Assembly (NCBI GenBank): GCA_020633845.1 | Contig: JACKCW010000003.1 | Location: forward strand, 11,661-75,660 | Length of the DNA: 64,000 nucleotides | Direction of reading: 5' to 3' | From: Bacillales bacterium | GTDB lineage: Bacteria; Bacillota_I; Bacilli_A; Izemoplasmatales; UBA1188 | Part shown: positions 10,390-20,286 of the stretch, one piece after another | Numbering within the stretch: position 1 is the stretch's first letter | Layout: each line of letters begins with the position of its first letter | The notes under the pieces: model-generated | Told to the model about the DNA's origin: nothing | The model's database searches: none | What the model saw: only the letters and a program-made list of their open reading frames with translations | Program-made: the position numbers and the translations under genes

Positions 10390-11328
10390 ATGAATAAAAA
10401 GATAAAAATATGTTTTATGGGCACCCCTGAGTTCGGGGCTAATGTCCTAAAAAAACTAATTGAAAACTATACGGTTGTATTAGTAGTAACGCAACCGGAC
10501 AAAAAAGGAAAAAGAGGTTCTGAACTCCTCTTTAGTCCGGTAAAAGAGTTAGCTCTATCTTATGATCTTCCGATTTTTCAACCGGAAGATATCCGGAATG
10601 ATTTTAATATGATGAAAGAATATGACTTTGATTTTTTAGTTACTGCGGCTTATGGTCAGTTTATTCCTTTAGACGTTTTACACCTAGCCCATTTCCTAAC
10701 TCTTAACGTTCACGGATCTCTCCTCCCGAAGTACAGGGGCGGGGCCCCGATTCAGCGGGCGATTGAAGCCGGGGATAAATATTTGGGTGTAACCATTATG
10801 AGAACGATCCTTAAAATGGATGCGGGAGTAATGTTTAAACAATCGAAAATTCTTCTTGAAGATGATGATACCTTCGCTACGATGATTGAAAAGCTATCCA
10901 AAAAAGGCGCTGAAGATTTGCTTGAAGTTATTGATAAGTTTTATAGCGGCGAAGAAATAGAAGGCATTCATCAAAATGTCGATGAAATAAGTTTTGCCTA
11001 TAATATCAAAAAGGAAGAATGTCTTTTAGATTTTAATAGCGACGCTTTAACTCTTCACAATAAAATAAGAGCGTTTAATCCGAATCCTTTAACCTTCTTT
11101 AACTATAAGAGCGAAAGTTATAAGGTTTATAAAAGCGAAGTCATCGAAAATGATGATTTAGTGTCGCCCGGAACTATTATTGATAATAATAAAAAACTGG
11201 TTATAAAATGTATGAAAAACGCTCTTTCCATTAAAGAGATACAATCCCCGGGAAAGAAAGCGATGGATATCTCTTCTTTTTTAAACGGAAAGCGGGATTT
11301 GTTTAAAATCGGGGAAATAATTAGATAA
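10390..11328 (+). CDS. fmt: methionyl-tRNA formyltransferase
   Basis: HGSLLPKYRGGAPIQRAI motif. Conserved priA-fmt synteny, with def nearby. Confidence 0.95.
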   Translation: MNKKIKICFMGTPEFGANVLKKLIENYTVVLVVTQPDKKGKRGSELLFSPVKELALSYDLPIFQPEDIRNDFNMMKEYDFDFLVTAAYGQFIPLDVLHLAHFLTLNVHGSLLPKYRGGAPIQRAIEAGDKYLGVTIMRTILKMDAGVMFKQSKILLEDDDTFATMIEKLSKKGAEDLLEVIDKFYSGEEIEGIHQNVDEISFAYNIKKEECLLDFNSDALTLHNKIRAFNPNPLTFFNYKSESYKVYKSEVIENDDLVSPGTIIDNNKKLVIKCMKNALSIKEIQSPGKKAMDISSFLNGKRDLFKIGEIIR

Positions 11329-11331
11329 TGT

Positions 11332-11362
11332 AAAAGGCCATGATATCCATGGCCTTTTCCTT
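11332..11362 (+). terminator. rho-independent terminator after fmt
   Basis: AAAAGGCCATG-atatc-CATGGCCTTTT followed by a T-rich tract. Confidence 0.7.
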
Positions 11363-11434
11363 ATTTTACTTAACCTATCTTTATTTTAATCATTTAATAT
11401 GATAAAATAAAAAAGCCAAGGGAGATAAATAAAA

Positions 11435-11977
11435 ATGGATACGAAAAAAATACTATTTTCAAGAGAAGAAATGTACGAACTAAACGTTGAAAGACTGAAG
11501 TCAAGAGGAGTAACCGTTGAAGACATCGCTTTAATTGCCCAAAAACAACAGGGACGTTATACACCAAATATTGATTATACGGTCTGCTACGAAAGCGCAA
11601 GAAAAATATTGTCATACCCGGATGCTTTTCATATGATTCAACTCGGTATTGAAATTGATGAACTTGCCGAAAAAGGAATGCTATCAAGCCCGCTTCAAGA
11701 AATCATTAAATCCGATTTAGGATTATTCGGAGTCGATGAACTTTTAGGATTGGAACTAGCCGGGAATTTCGGTATCATCGGTAAAACGAATTTCGGTGAA
11801 ATCGACGTCAACAAGCCGGGGATTATCAGTTTCTTAAATGAAGAAGGAAAAAAGCCGGGAGTTTGTCATACTTTCTTAGACGATATCGTCGGCGCTCTTG
11901 GAGCTTGTGCTTCAACCAGAGTAGCCCAGATATATAAAGCCAAAGACGCGCTTGATGCGGAAAAGCCAGCCAAATAG
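11435..11977 (+). CDS. phosphatidylglycerophosphatase A family protein (YutG-like)
   Basis: 180 aa. Resembles Bacillus YutG/PgpA-like proteins from memory (GxxGKTNFG ... HTFLDDIVGALGA). Not verified by any search. Confidence 0.55.
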   Translation: MDTKKILFSREEMYELNVERLKSRGVTVEDIALIAQKQQGRYTPNIDYTVCYESARKILSYPDAFHMIQLGIEIDELAEKGMLSSPLQEIIKSDLGLFGVDELLGLELAGNFGIIGKTNFGEIDVNKPGIISFLNEEGKKPGVCHTFLDDIVGALGACASTRVAQIYKAKDALDAEKPAK

Positions 11978-11979
11978 TT

Positions 11980-13395
11980 ATGAATGAAAAGAATCTCGAC
12001 GATTTCTTTAAAAAAGAAATTGACGAGAAGAATGTGAAGAGGGTAAGGGAAAAGCCAAGAAAACCCATCCTTGAGAAGGGCCCGAAAAGCACTTCTTTTC
12101 GTGAATTTTTCAGAAATCGATTTAGTTTCGACGTTAACGTCGATCTAACGAATCCGACAAGTGTTCTTTATAGAAGAAACTACGTAATAAAAAACATCAT
12201 TTTTCTCGCGAATTTGATTTTTACTTTGTTTGCCTTCATCGGAATCAGTAAGTCGAATTTTATTTTGACTTTGGTTTTTTGCTTGTTAATGACGACCATC
12301 TCCCAAACTATCGCCCAGATGAGAAAAAGAAAAACCGACGATTATTCTCATCAGACGATAATCATGTATCTCCAGTGTCTTTACGTATTCATTCTCGCGG
12401 TTATTCTTTATATTAAAGTTTGGGTTGGTTTCCGTTTAGTATCGGAAACGATGACTAATGCCGAATTCTCGGTAACCCAGGCCGCTTATCTTCTTATCTA
12501 TTTCTCTTTGGTTATAACCTCTCTTTATCAAAACCCGAAGTTGGTCAGGACAATGTTTATTTGGGCTCTTGTGGTAATGACCGTGCTTCATTGTTCTATC
12601 CTTCACCCGGAGTTATATCAAAACGCAACTAACCTTGGTGAATTAATCCGCTATGCCTTCGTGGATAATAATGAGATTGCGATTGATATATTCTTAAGGA
12701 CGATAGTGCTTCTCGCTTTCTTTGCCGCCTTATATAGTGCGGTTTCCATCACTTACTATATGAACGAACAAAGAAAGAATGAATTTAATAAAAGAAAGGG
12801 CGTTGAAACCAACTTCATAGACGTAGTTGAAAGCGTCTTTGAAGCCGTTAAAGTTTACAATCTTTCAGCTGATGATTTAGAACAGAAGATGTCGGCGAAA
12901 AGAGTAGCGGCATCCGCTAAGGAATTATCGATAGCGATGGCCTACGACCAAGAGACCATTGAAAAGATTTATGAATTTTCCGAGGTTCACTCCGAAAAAA
13001 TTAAAATGCTCGTCATTGATGAAAAGAAGGGAACCGATGGCGAAGATATGGAACAAATAATGGAAAAGACTAAGCTCGCGACCACCATTATTAAAAGGCT
13101 CCAATTATGCAAACAAGGTGAAGATATCGTTATGGCGGTTTTTGAACATCAAATAACGGACGATTTCCGTTATAATATGACGCATACGCAGAACGATAGA
13201 ATAAGCCAAATTATTCTTCTTTGTGAAATCTATGATATTTTAAGAAATGACCGAAGTTATAAAAAAGGCTTAAATCATCTAAGATCTTTAGAACTTATCA
13301 ATAATGATTTCGATATCTTCTTCGATAAAGATATCGTAAGCAGATTCACGAAATATAATCACGAAATAGAAACGGCCTACGAAAAGGCTATATAA
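11980..13395 (+). CDS. membrane protein with a C-terminal degenerate HD-GYP-like domain
   Basis: About 6 TM helices (aa 70-260). The cytoplasmic domain follows the HD-GYP helical pattern, but the catalytic positions are altered (VHSEK instead of HD; FEHQITDDFRYN instead of HHExxDGxGYP). Confidence 0.5.
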   Translation: MNEKNLDDFFKKEIDEKNVKRVREKPRKPILEKGPKSTSFREFFRNRFSFDVNVDLTNPTSVLYRRNYVIKNIIFLANLIFTLFAFIGISKSNFILTLVFCLLMTTISQTIAQMRKRKTDDYSHQTIIMYLQCLYVFILAVILYIKVWVGFRLVSETMTNAEFSVTQAAYLLIYFSLVITSLYQNPKLVRTMFIWALVVMTVLHCSILHPELYQNATNLGELIRYAFVDNNEIAIDIFLRTIVLLAFFAALYSAVSITYYMNEQRKNEFNKRKGVETNFIDVVESVFEAVKVYNLSADDLEQKMSAKRVAASAKELSIAMAYDQETIEKIYEFSEVHSEKIKMLVIDEKKGTDGEDMEQIMEKTKLATTIIKRLQLCKQGEDIVMAVFEHQITDDFRYNMTHTQNDRISQIILLCEIYDILRNDRSYKKGLNHLRSLELINNDFDIFFDKDIVSRFTKYNHEIETAYEKAI

Positions 13396-13414
13396 AAAAT
13401 AATAGGAAGGAAAT

Positions 13415-14575
13415 ATGAAATTTATTTTTACAAGCGAAGCGGTGACCGAGGGTCACCCAGATAAGATTGCGGATCGGGTTGCGGACAGCATTCTCGATGC
13501 GATACTTAAAGAAGATAAGTTTGCGAGAGTTGCCTGCGAAGTTGTGACTTCAACCGGTCTTCTCTTTATCTTCGGACAAATTACCACCTCGGCTCATGTC
13601 GATTACAAAGACATAGCGAGGAACACCGTAAAAGAAATCGGTTATACCGAAGGCAACTACGGTTTTGATGCCGAAAGCATCAACATTCTTACGGCTATCG
13701 ACAAACAATCTCCAGATATCGCAATCGGGGTAGACTCGGCCGAAGGCAAGAGTTTAGGGGCAGGAGACCAAGGCATCATGTTTGGGTTTGCCACCAAAGA
13801 AACGGATATATACATGCCTCTTGGAGAAGTCTTAGCGCAAAAATTAGCTTTAAGACTGACTGAAGTAAGGAAAAAGGGAATCATCCCTTATTTACGTCCG
13901 GACGGAAAAACTCAGGTTTCGCTTGAATACGAAAACGGAAAGCCTAAAAGAATCGATACCGTGTTAGTCTCCGCTCAACATAACGAAGAAGTTAATATTG
14001 AAGATTTAAGAAAAGATATCAAAAATGAAGTTATTTTAGAAGTAATTCCCAAAGAATTACTTGATAATAATACCAAGTTTTTAATTAACCCAACGGGAAG
14101 ATTTGTGGTTGGCGGCCCCGCCGCCGATACCGGTCTTACCGGCCGAAAAAATATTGTCGATACCTATGGTGGTTATGCAAAAAACGGCGGCGGTTCCTTT
14201 AGCGGTAAAGACCCGACTAAAGTCGACAGAAGCGCCTCTTATATGCTTAGATACGTGGCTAAAAATATTGTCGCAAGTGGCTTAGCCGATAAATGCGAAA
14301 TCCAAATTTCTTATGCGATAGGAGTCTCAAAACCGGTTTCAATTGCGGTTGATACTTTTAATACATCTTTATTAACCGATGAAGAATTAGTTGATATTAT
14401 CCAAGAGAACTTTGACTTAACCCCGGAAGGAATTATTGATAAGTTAGATCTTAGAAGACCGGTCTATAAAGATGTAAGCTGTTACGGTCATTTTGGTAGA
14501 GACGATCTTGATCTTTCCTGGGAAAGACTTGATATGGTTGATAAACTAGCAAAATATAATAAAAAGAACTGCTAG
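13415..14575 (+). CDS. metK: S-adenosylmethionine synthetase
   Basis: [21 protein letters not shown] and [16 protein letters not shown] motifs. Confidence 0.97.
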   Translation: MKFIFTSEAVTEGHPDKIADRVADSILDAILKEDKFARVACEVVTSTGLLFIFGQITTSAHVDYKDIARNTVKEIGYTEGNYGFDAESINILTAIDKQSPDIAIGVDSAEGKSLGAGDQGIMFGFATKETDIYMPLGEVLAQKLALRLTEVRKKGIIPYLRPDGKTQVSLEYENGKPKRIDTVLVSAQHNEEVNIEDLRKDIKNEVILEVIPKELLDNNTKFLINPTGRFVVGGPAADTGLTGRKNIVDTYGGYAKNGGGSFSGKDPTKVDRSASYMLRYVAKNIVASGLADKCEIQISYAIGVSKPVSIAVDTFNTSLLTDEELVDIIQENFDLTPEGIIDKLDLRRPVYKDVSCYGHFGRDDLDLSWERLDMVDKLAKYNKKNC

Positions 14576-14587
14576 AAAAGCAGTTCT
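14565..14587. terminator. bidirectional terminator between metK and yidD
   Basis: AGAACTGC-tagaaaa-GCAGTTCT hairpin spanning the metK stop codon. Confidence 0.55.
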
Positions 14588-14590
14588 ATA

Positions 14591-14827
14591 TTATTTCTTC
14601 ATTCCTTCTTTATCTTTAAACTTCGGGATAGGATCATACCCGCCTTTAGATAAAGGATTGCATCTAAGTATTCGCCAAATAGTAAGAATTGTCGCAACAA
14701 AAAAATTATAGTTCTCGTATGCGTCTATCGCATAATTAGAACATGTCGGCATGAATCTGCAGGTTTTGTTTCGGTTTTTGGTCGCTTCCTGATAGTTTCT
14801 TATCAGTTTGATGGCTAGTTTATTCAT
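14591..14827 (-). CDS. yidD: membrane protein insertion efficiency factor YidD
   Basis: CRFMPTCSNYA ... RCNPLSKGGYDPIP signature of the YidD family. Confidence 0.9.
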   Translation of the reverse strand: MNKLAIKLIRNYQEATKNRNKTCRFMPTCSNYAIDAYENYNFFVATILTIWRILRCNPLSKGGYDPIPKFKDKEGMKK

Positions 14828-14860
14828 TATATTATGATTTTATCATAAGAAAGGATTAAT

Positions 14861-15346
14861 ATGAATAAGGTGCTTGAAAAGACTAACGATGCTGCCTTAG
14901 TCGCCCCTCTCGCCCATAAAATATGGATGGAATATTATCCTGATGTTATGGGGAGAGAATACACGATTTATGTTTTAGAGAATTATCACTCATTAAAGAC
15001 AATAAAGAGCGATATCGAAAAAGGCATGATTTATTATCTCATAAAGGATTCAATAAACCCGATCGGATATTTTGCCTATATTATTGACGATAAGGGTTTA
15101 TATATTTCCAAGCTTTATCTTTTAAAAGAATATCGCGGTAAAAATATTATGGAAGATGTCTTTTCTTTATTAACTCAAGAAGCAAGATTAAAGGGAAAGA
15201 AGATTATATATCTTAATGTAAATAAACATAACGTAGCCTCAATCAAATACTACCAAAGGAAAGGTTTTTCTATTATCGAAGACGTTAATATTCCGATCGG
15301 TCCAAGTTATTCTTTTGATGACTATATTATGGCTAAGGAGGTATAG
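14861..15346 (+). CDS. GNAT family N-acetyltransferase
   Basis: Acetyl-CoA binding motif region YRGKNIMEDVF ... ASIKYYQRKGF. Confidence 0.8.
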   Translation: MNKVLEKTNDAALVAPLAHKIWMEYYPDVMGREYTIYVLENYHSLKTIKSDIEKGMIYYLIKDSINPIGYFAYIIDDKGLYISKLYLLKEYRGKNIMEDVFSLLTQEARLKGKKIIYLNVNKHNVASIKYYQRKGFSIIEDVNIPIGPSYSFDDYIMAKEV

Positions 15347-15349
15347 GAT

Positions 15350-16285
15350 ATGGAATGGTATTATATCGTATTAATCGTCATCGGAGTGCTTCTCCTTTTA
15401 TGTTTTTTCATCGGCTTCCTTGTATGGAAAATGTCGATTCCAACCCCGCCTAAAGAGAAGTATGAAAATAAACCGACAACCGATCCGGAAGAAATAGCGA
15501 TTAGGAATTTTTCCAAGAAAATAAAAAGCGAACTGGAAAACATGAATATGGAAGAGGTGTGGATTAAATCAAAGGACGGCCTCAACCTTCATGCCTACTA
15601 TAAAGAAGCGGAAGAAAAAACTAATAAAACAATTATCAGTGTCCATGGCTGGCACGGCACCGCTTTTTCTACAGCCCCGATTTTTTCTCACTTCCTTACC
15701 GACTATAATTATAATATTCTCTTTATCGATTTAAGAAGTTACGGAAAATCTGAGGGGAAATATACTACCTATGGAGTGAAAGACTCCGAGGATTTAGTCG
15801 AATGGATTAACTACCTGATTGATAGAAATAATAATGATGTACTAATCGCTCTTTTTGGAATATCAATGGGTGGAAATACAGTAATATCTATTTCCGATAT
15901 CGTACCGAAGAATGTTAAATGCATAATTGACGATTGCGGTTTCACAACCGCTTTCGCGGAGTTTAAACATATCTTGAATCATCAGATGCATCTGCCGACT
16001 CTCTTCCTTTATTTCGCCGAATTAATCAATAAAATGATTTGCGGATGGGGGTATCAGAAAGTCTCGGGCTTAGAAGCCCTTAAAAATTCAAAGGTGCCGG
16101 TCCTTTTCATCCATGGAGGTAAAGACACTTTTGTTCCAACTAAAATGGGAGAAGAAGCATATAGCGTCTGCGCAAGCGAAAAAGAGATGAAAATCTTTGA
16201 TAACGCCAAACACGCCAGAAGTTATTTTATGAATAAAGAAGCATATAAAAATATCGTTCTCAGTTTCCTCGCGAAAAAATTATAG
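15350..16285 (+). CDS. alpha/beta hydrolase with N-terminal TM anchor
   Basis: HGWHG oxyanion region, nucleophile elbow GISMGG, and late D/H residues (HGGKDTFV ... AKHA). Confidence 0.8.
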   Translation: MEWYYIVLIVIGVLLLLCFFIGFLVWKMSIPTPPKEKYENKPTTDPEEIAIRNFSKKIKSELENMNMEEVWIKSKDGLNLHAYYKEAEEKTNKTIISVHGWHGTAFSTAPIFSHFLTDYNYNILFIDLRSYGKSEGKYTTYGVKDSEDLVEWINYLIDRNNNDVLIALFGISMGGNTVISISDIVPKNVKCIIDDCGFTTAFAEFKHILNHQMHLPTLFLYFAELINKMICGWGYQKVSGLEALKNSKVPVLFIHGGKDTFVPTKMGEEAYSVCASEKEMKIFDNAKHARSYFMNKEAYKNIVLSFLAKKL

Positions 16286-16291
16286 GATGTT

Positions 16292-17239
16292 ATGGATAAA
16301 GACAGCGCTACCGAAAAGATTTTAAATTTAATGAAAGACTTCACCGATCTTGCGGGGAGTCTTTTTAACGTAAGTAAAGATAAAGCTTTTATTGCCGCAT
16401 CTTATCTTTTATCACAAAAGAAACTGCCTTATTTCTCTAGTTTAAAGGAAAATGAAAACCGCGAAATACAGGGATATTTTGATCGGTTTCATGAGATAGA
16501 TTATAAGCCTTATGAAATGAGAAGAGCGTTTAAAGAAGCTTATCTTTTTTCTTTAAGAGAAATGGAAAAGGTCAATGTCGATACGACGCTTGAACTGCCG
16601 CTTTTATATCTTAAAATGATTACGGAAACGATTTTCTCGAAACTGAACTATGAACATACTATCGTTTTAAATCCCTCTTCCAACGACGGATCTTTAGCCC
16701 AGAGTTTAGCGGATTCTCAAATAATTAAAGAAGAGGATTTATACGTTATTGAAGAAAGAAATGATTTTTTACGGCTTTCGGAGAACTTAAGAGATTTATC
16801 CGCCTTTAACTATAAAATACAGGACTCGCTTCCGCGCTTATCCTTTAAAGCGGACATTATCGTTTCCGATCCGTTTCTTAGAAGCGTAGAAGATATTCTG
16901 ATATTTTTTGAAGATTACATCGAGTATTTGAATAACGACGGGTTTATGGTTATCGTACTGATGAACGAATTTGTCCGTTCCCGCGTTTTTACCGATAATA
17001 TCTTAAAATATAAACTGGTTTTAATCGGTATCATTGAATACCCGAAAGATCTCTTAGATGGTCTTATCGATTCTTCAATCGTCATTCTGGAAAAGAAAAA
17101 TGAAATGAATAATGAATTTTTCACCGTAGAGATGCCAAGTATCAAAAAGATTGAAGACAATCTTAAAGTGATGAACAATATTAAAGAATATATTGATGAA
17201 TACATAGGAGGATCAACCAATGAAAATAATGTCAATTAA
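16292..17239 (+). CDS. class I SAM-dependent methyltransferase-like protein (YtxK family)
   Basis: Sits immediately upstream of, and overlaps, ackA, as ytxK does in Bacillus. Has an IVSDPFL (D/NPPY-like) motif. Confidence 0.55.
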   Translation: MDKDSATEKILNLMKDFTDLAGSLFNVSKDKAFIAASYLLSQKKLPYFSSLKENENREIQGYFDRFHEIDYKPYEMRRAFKEAYLFSLREMEKVNVDTTLELPLLYLKMITETIFSKLNYEHTIVLNPSSNDGSLAQSLADSQIIKEEDLYVIEERNDFLRLSENLRDLSAFNYKIQDSLPRLSFKADIIVSDPFLRSVEDILIFFEDYIEYLNNDGFMVIVLMNEFVRSRVFTDNILKYKLVLIGIIEYPKDLLDGLIDSSIVILEKKNEMNNEFFTVEMPSIKKIEDNLKVMNNIKEYIDEYIGGSTNENNVN

Positions 17240-18410
17240 TTCCGGCTCTTCGAGTCTCAAATTCAAACTCTTCGAAATGCCGGAAGAAAAAGTGATTACC
17301 GAAGGGGTCTTTGAGAGAATCACTTTTAAGGAAGAAGGTATTTATACCATCAAAATCAACGGGGAAAAAATAAAAGAATTCCTGCCTCTTCCAAACCACG
17401 CCGTCGCGGTAGAACGTCTTTTAAAGGATTTAGTCGACCGGAAAATCATTTCGTCCTTATCGGAAATTAAGGGCGTTGGGCACCGGATAGTCCAGGGAGG
17501 AAAGTATTTTGATAAATCCGTCCTAGTCGATTCGTGGGCTAAAGACAGAATCAGAGAATTAATCGATCTTGCGCCTCTTCATAACGGACCGCACTTAATT
17601 GGAATCGAAGCTTTTGAGAAAGCTCTTCCTAATGTGAAACAAGTTGTAGTATTCGATACTGCCTTCCATCAGGGAATGGAACCGGAAGCTTTCATGTATG
17701 CCGTTCCTTATTATTGGTATACCGATTACGGCATTAGAAAATACGGAGCCCACGGAACGAGCCATCAGTTTGTCGCAAACGAATACGCAAGACTGACTAA
17801 TCAGGATATCAATAAACTGAAAATAGTTACTTGTCATCTCGGAAACGGCTGTTCACTCTGCGCGATTGAAAACGGAAGATGTAAAGATACATCCATGGGC
17901 CTCACTCCTCTTGAAGGGGTACCGATGGGCACAAGAACCGGCAACATTGATCCGACCGTTGTATCCTATATCGTCGAGAAAGAAGGCAAAACCGCTTGGG
18001 AAGTCGTTAATGAATTAAATAAAAAGAGTGGTTACCTCGGAATTTCCGGTATCTCGAATGATGCGAGAGACTTAGAAGATGCGATGGCGGAAGGCAACGA
18101 AAGAGCGACCTTGGCTATCAAAATTCAGGAAAAGAGAATTGCCGATTATATCGGGTCTTATTATCTCTACCTTGAAGGAATTGATGCGATAATCTTCACA
18201 GCCGGTATCGGCGAAAACGCGAAAGAATATCGGGAAAGAATTTGTAAGAGACTGGAGATTTTAGGAGTGGTGATTGACGATGAGGCCAATTCACAAAGAG
18301 GATATCCGTTTAGAATATCCGCGCCATCTTCTAAAATAGATGTTTGGGTAGTCCCGACCAACGAAGAATTAGTTATCGCCAGAGACACTATGCGACTGAT
18401 AAATGAATAA
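17220..18410 (+). CDS. ackA: acetate kinase
   Basis: INSGSSSLKF N-terminus. VFDTAFH, RKYGAHGTSH and TCHLGNG motifs. Confidence 0.97.
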   Translation: MKIMSINSGSSSLKFKLFEMPEEKVITEGVFERITFKEEGIYTIKINGEKIKEFLPLPNHAVAVERLLKDLVDRKIISSLSEIKGVGHRIVQGGKYFDKSVLVDSWAKDRIRELIDLAPLHNGPHLIGIEAFEKALPNVKQVVVFDTAFHQGMEPEAFMYAVPYYWYTDYGIRKYGAHGTSHQFVANEYARLTNQDINKLKIVTCHLGNGCSLCAIENGRCKDTSMGLTPLEGVPMGTRTGNIDPTVVSYIVEKEGKTAWEVVNELNKKSGYLGISGISNDARDLEDAMAEGNERATLAIKIQEKRIADYIGSYYLYLEGIDAIIFTAGIGENAKEYRERICKRLEILGVVIDDEANSQRGYPFRISAPSSKIDVWVVPTNEELVIARDTMRLINE

Positions 18411-18436
18411 AAAATCCCTTTTCGGGGATTTTTTAT
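18411..18436. terminator. bidirectional terminator after ackA
   Basis: AAAATCCC-ttttc-GGGGATTTT hairpin. Confidence 0.7.
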
Positions 18437-19133
18437 TTTAAAGATATTTTAGATAGATAAATAATATTATCGGTTAAATCACTAATTTTCATTGTCTTTC
18501 CGTGACCGGGATATATAACAAGCGGTTTAAGTTCAATGATTTTTTGCCAAGATCTGATGTATGAAGAAAGATTTTCAATGACGAAAGATACCTTATGGAA
18601 TGATAAAGGAATGTTCATCGCCGCATCGCCTACAAACATTTTTTATCTGTAAGAAGAAGAGAAAGAGAGTCTTTTGTATGTCCGGTAGTTTCAATTATGT
18701 CTCCGCCAAGCATATCTTTTAATAATTCTTTATTTTGTTCAGTATAAGGGATAAACCGTTTATCATCGTCAATAGAAGGATATGATATTCTGGATTTATT
18801 CAGTTTTCCTAAGAAAGAGGATAAAAATCCTACATAAAAAGCTTTTTGATTTTGGCCGGTTTTCATTCTTTCTTTAGCTTCTAAAGATGATATAATTAAA
18901 GCTTTTTTATTTACTTCTAATAGTCTTTTTAAAAAACCGACATGATCGCTATGGGAATGGGTAATAAAAACATAATCTATCATTAATAAAGTAAAACCCG
19001 CTTTCTCCATCATCTTTTTAAAATGATCATAATCATTTTCATAGCCTGTATCAATCAGAATCATTTTATCATTGTGAAAGTAAACGTAATTATTAACGAA
19101 AGAAGTCCCAAAATTATAAATTATCTTTTCCAT
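18433..19133 (-). pseudogene. MBL-fold metallo-hydrolase, split by a -1 frameshift in a homopolymer
   Basis: ORFs 18630..19133 (contains HSHSDHVG) and 18433..18639 are the two halves of one MBL protein. They join if the T6 run at 18639-18644 (A6 on the coding strand) is one base longer: ...LTDKK-MFVGDAAM... Confidence 0.6.
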
Positions 19134-19270
19134 TATTTCACCCTTATAAAAATATCATATCTTAGGAAAAGAAAAAAGCCAATAAAAAAGACCATTTTTA
19201 AGCGAACCCCTTCGGTTTGTTGTTCAACTTTTGGGTTTGCTTCACGATTAGAGTCTTTTTATTATTTCCA

Positions 19271-19290
19271 TTTTTGACTATTATTTGAAT
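19271..19290. repeat. left copy of an imperfect direct repeat, TTTTTGACTATTATTTGAAT
   Basis: Matches 29879-29897 (TTTTTGACTAT-ATTTGATT). The two copies bracket the holin-sigma-NTase-rhs-immunity core. Confidence 0.25.
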
Positions 19291-19433
19291 GTTTTTAAAA
19301 AACACGTCTTAGTTGAAGCGTTTTTTCCACCTAATTATTTTATATTTGACAGATAAGTAGTACAATTCAAAATAGTTTTATTATTTTTTAAGAATATTTT
19401 TAGTTTCCACTTATTATTAAGTAAACTAGACAA

Positions 19434-19811
19434 TTAGTTCTTAAGCGTATTAATAATTGATTCTATTTCGGTCGTGAGCCAAGTGTTTAGGTCTCCATAG
19501 GTGTCGCTTATATAAGTTTTAACATCCTCACTCATTTGTGTTAGAGCCGATTCTTTGGCTTTAGAAAGCGCCGTTTTCTGCGCTTCTTCATTAAACGTAC
19601 CGCTTGTCTTAAGACTCTCGACATAGGTTTGAAAAACCGACTTTACTGCGGCAGTAACTATCTCGGTTGCTGTAGACAAAAGTTTCGCCTCTTCACTGTC
19701 TTTTATTTTAGAATTAATAAGTTTAACCAGTTTGGTTCCCGCGATAGATATTAGCGGTAAAACCACCGCCGTCACAACTACGCTGATTATATTAAGTAGA
19801 ATCTCGTTCAT
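19434..19811 (-). CDS. LL-H family phage-type holin
   Basis: GGAGG RBS and one N-terminal TM. The charged C-terminus has the pattern QTYVESLK..G.F.EEAQK.A...K......M.....Y....YGDL, which I recognise as the Holin_LLH family. Confidence 0.75.
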   Translation of the reverse strand: MNEILLNIISVVVTAVVLPLISIAGTKLVKLINSKIKDSEEAKLLSTATEIVTAAVKSVFQTYVESLKTSGTFNEEAQKTALSKAKESALTQMSEDVKTYISDTYGDLNTWLTTEIESIINTLKN

Positions 19812-20115
19812 TTACACTTCCTCCTAAATTTAAATGAATATTTTGATTTTTTATATGATCATCGATTTTCTGTTCGGCTTTTATCAGTCTTGTCAGAAGA
19901 TCGTCATATTTCTCTTCAAGCTTTTCAAGCGTTTTTTCTATCCTTTCAATGCTGGATTTGATATATCCGATATCGCTTATCAGCACTCCTTCATTTTTTC
20001 CTTCCTGTTTATGGTCCTCTTTCTTAGTTCTTTTAAAAGCCAGAAAGGCAAAAAGAATGCTGGACGCGGTTCCAAAAATGCTGATGATTGAAAGAATGAT
20101 TGTTATATAGTCCAT
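19792..20115 (-). CDS. small N-terminal-TM plus coiled-coil membrane protein (BhlA/UviB-like holin-type architecture)
   Basis: The start at 20115 (MDYITIILS...) has a GGAG RBS, while the upstream Met in the ORF track lacks one. A single TM is followed by a heptad-rich helix. Overlaps the LLH holin gene by 20 nt. Confidence 0.55.
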   Translation of the reverse strand: MDYITIILSIISIFGTASSILFAFLAFKRTKKEDHKQEGKNEGVLISDIGYIKSSIERIEKTLEKLEEKYDDLLTRLIKAEQKIDDHIKNQNIHLNLGGSVNERDST

Positions 20116-20134
20116 AGATTTCTCCTCTCTCAGA

Positions 20135-20166
20135 ATATAAAGAGAGGCAAACATGAAGAAAAACAA
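20135..20166 (-). promoter_or_regulatory. shared module motif, copy 1 (upstream of holin operon): TTGTTTTT-N13-TCTCTTTATAT
   Basis: The reverse complement of 20135-20166 reads TTGTTTTTcttcatgtttgccTCTCTTTATAT. It ends 19 nt before the ATG at 20115. Confidence 0.5.
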
Positions 20167-20239
20167 CCAGAAAGCTTTTAATTTGTTTTCCTATTTGCCC
20201 CAAGACAGTGATAAAGAAAGAATAATTGCCCCTAAAAAA

Positions 20240-20271
20240 TTGTTTTTCCACGCCAAGGCTTCTCCTTATAT
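20240..20271 (+). promoter_or_regulatory. shared module motif, copy 2 (upstream of sigma factor gene): TTGTTTTT-N13-TCTCCTTATAT
   Basis: TTGTTTTTccacgccaaggctTCTCCTTATAT. It ends 15 nt before the ATG at 20287. Confidence 0.5.
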
Positions 20272-20286
20272 GAGAGGAGAACATTT

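Noticed and set aside
11394-12092. Minus-strand ORFs 11394..11687 and 11826..12092
   Set aside because: They are antisense to the pgpA-like gene and the HD-GYP-like gene, with no RBS and low-complexity translations.
13396-13414. SAM (S-box) riboswitch upstream of metK
   Set aside because: The intergenic gap is only 19 nt, so there is no room for a riboswitch. metK appears co-transcribed with the upstream gene.
19434-20166. Prophage lysis cassette or prophage remnant as the sole explanation for the two holin-type genes
   Set aside because: No endolysin, integrase, terminase, capsid or tail gene occurs anywhere in the window. The genes also share the module-specific upstream motif with the sigma and rhs units. 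A very old prophage origin cannot be excluded.
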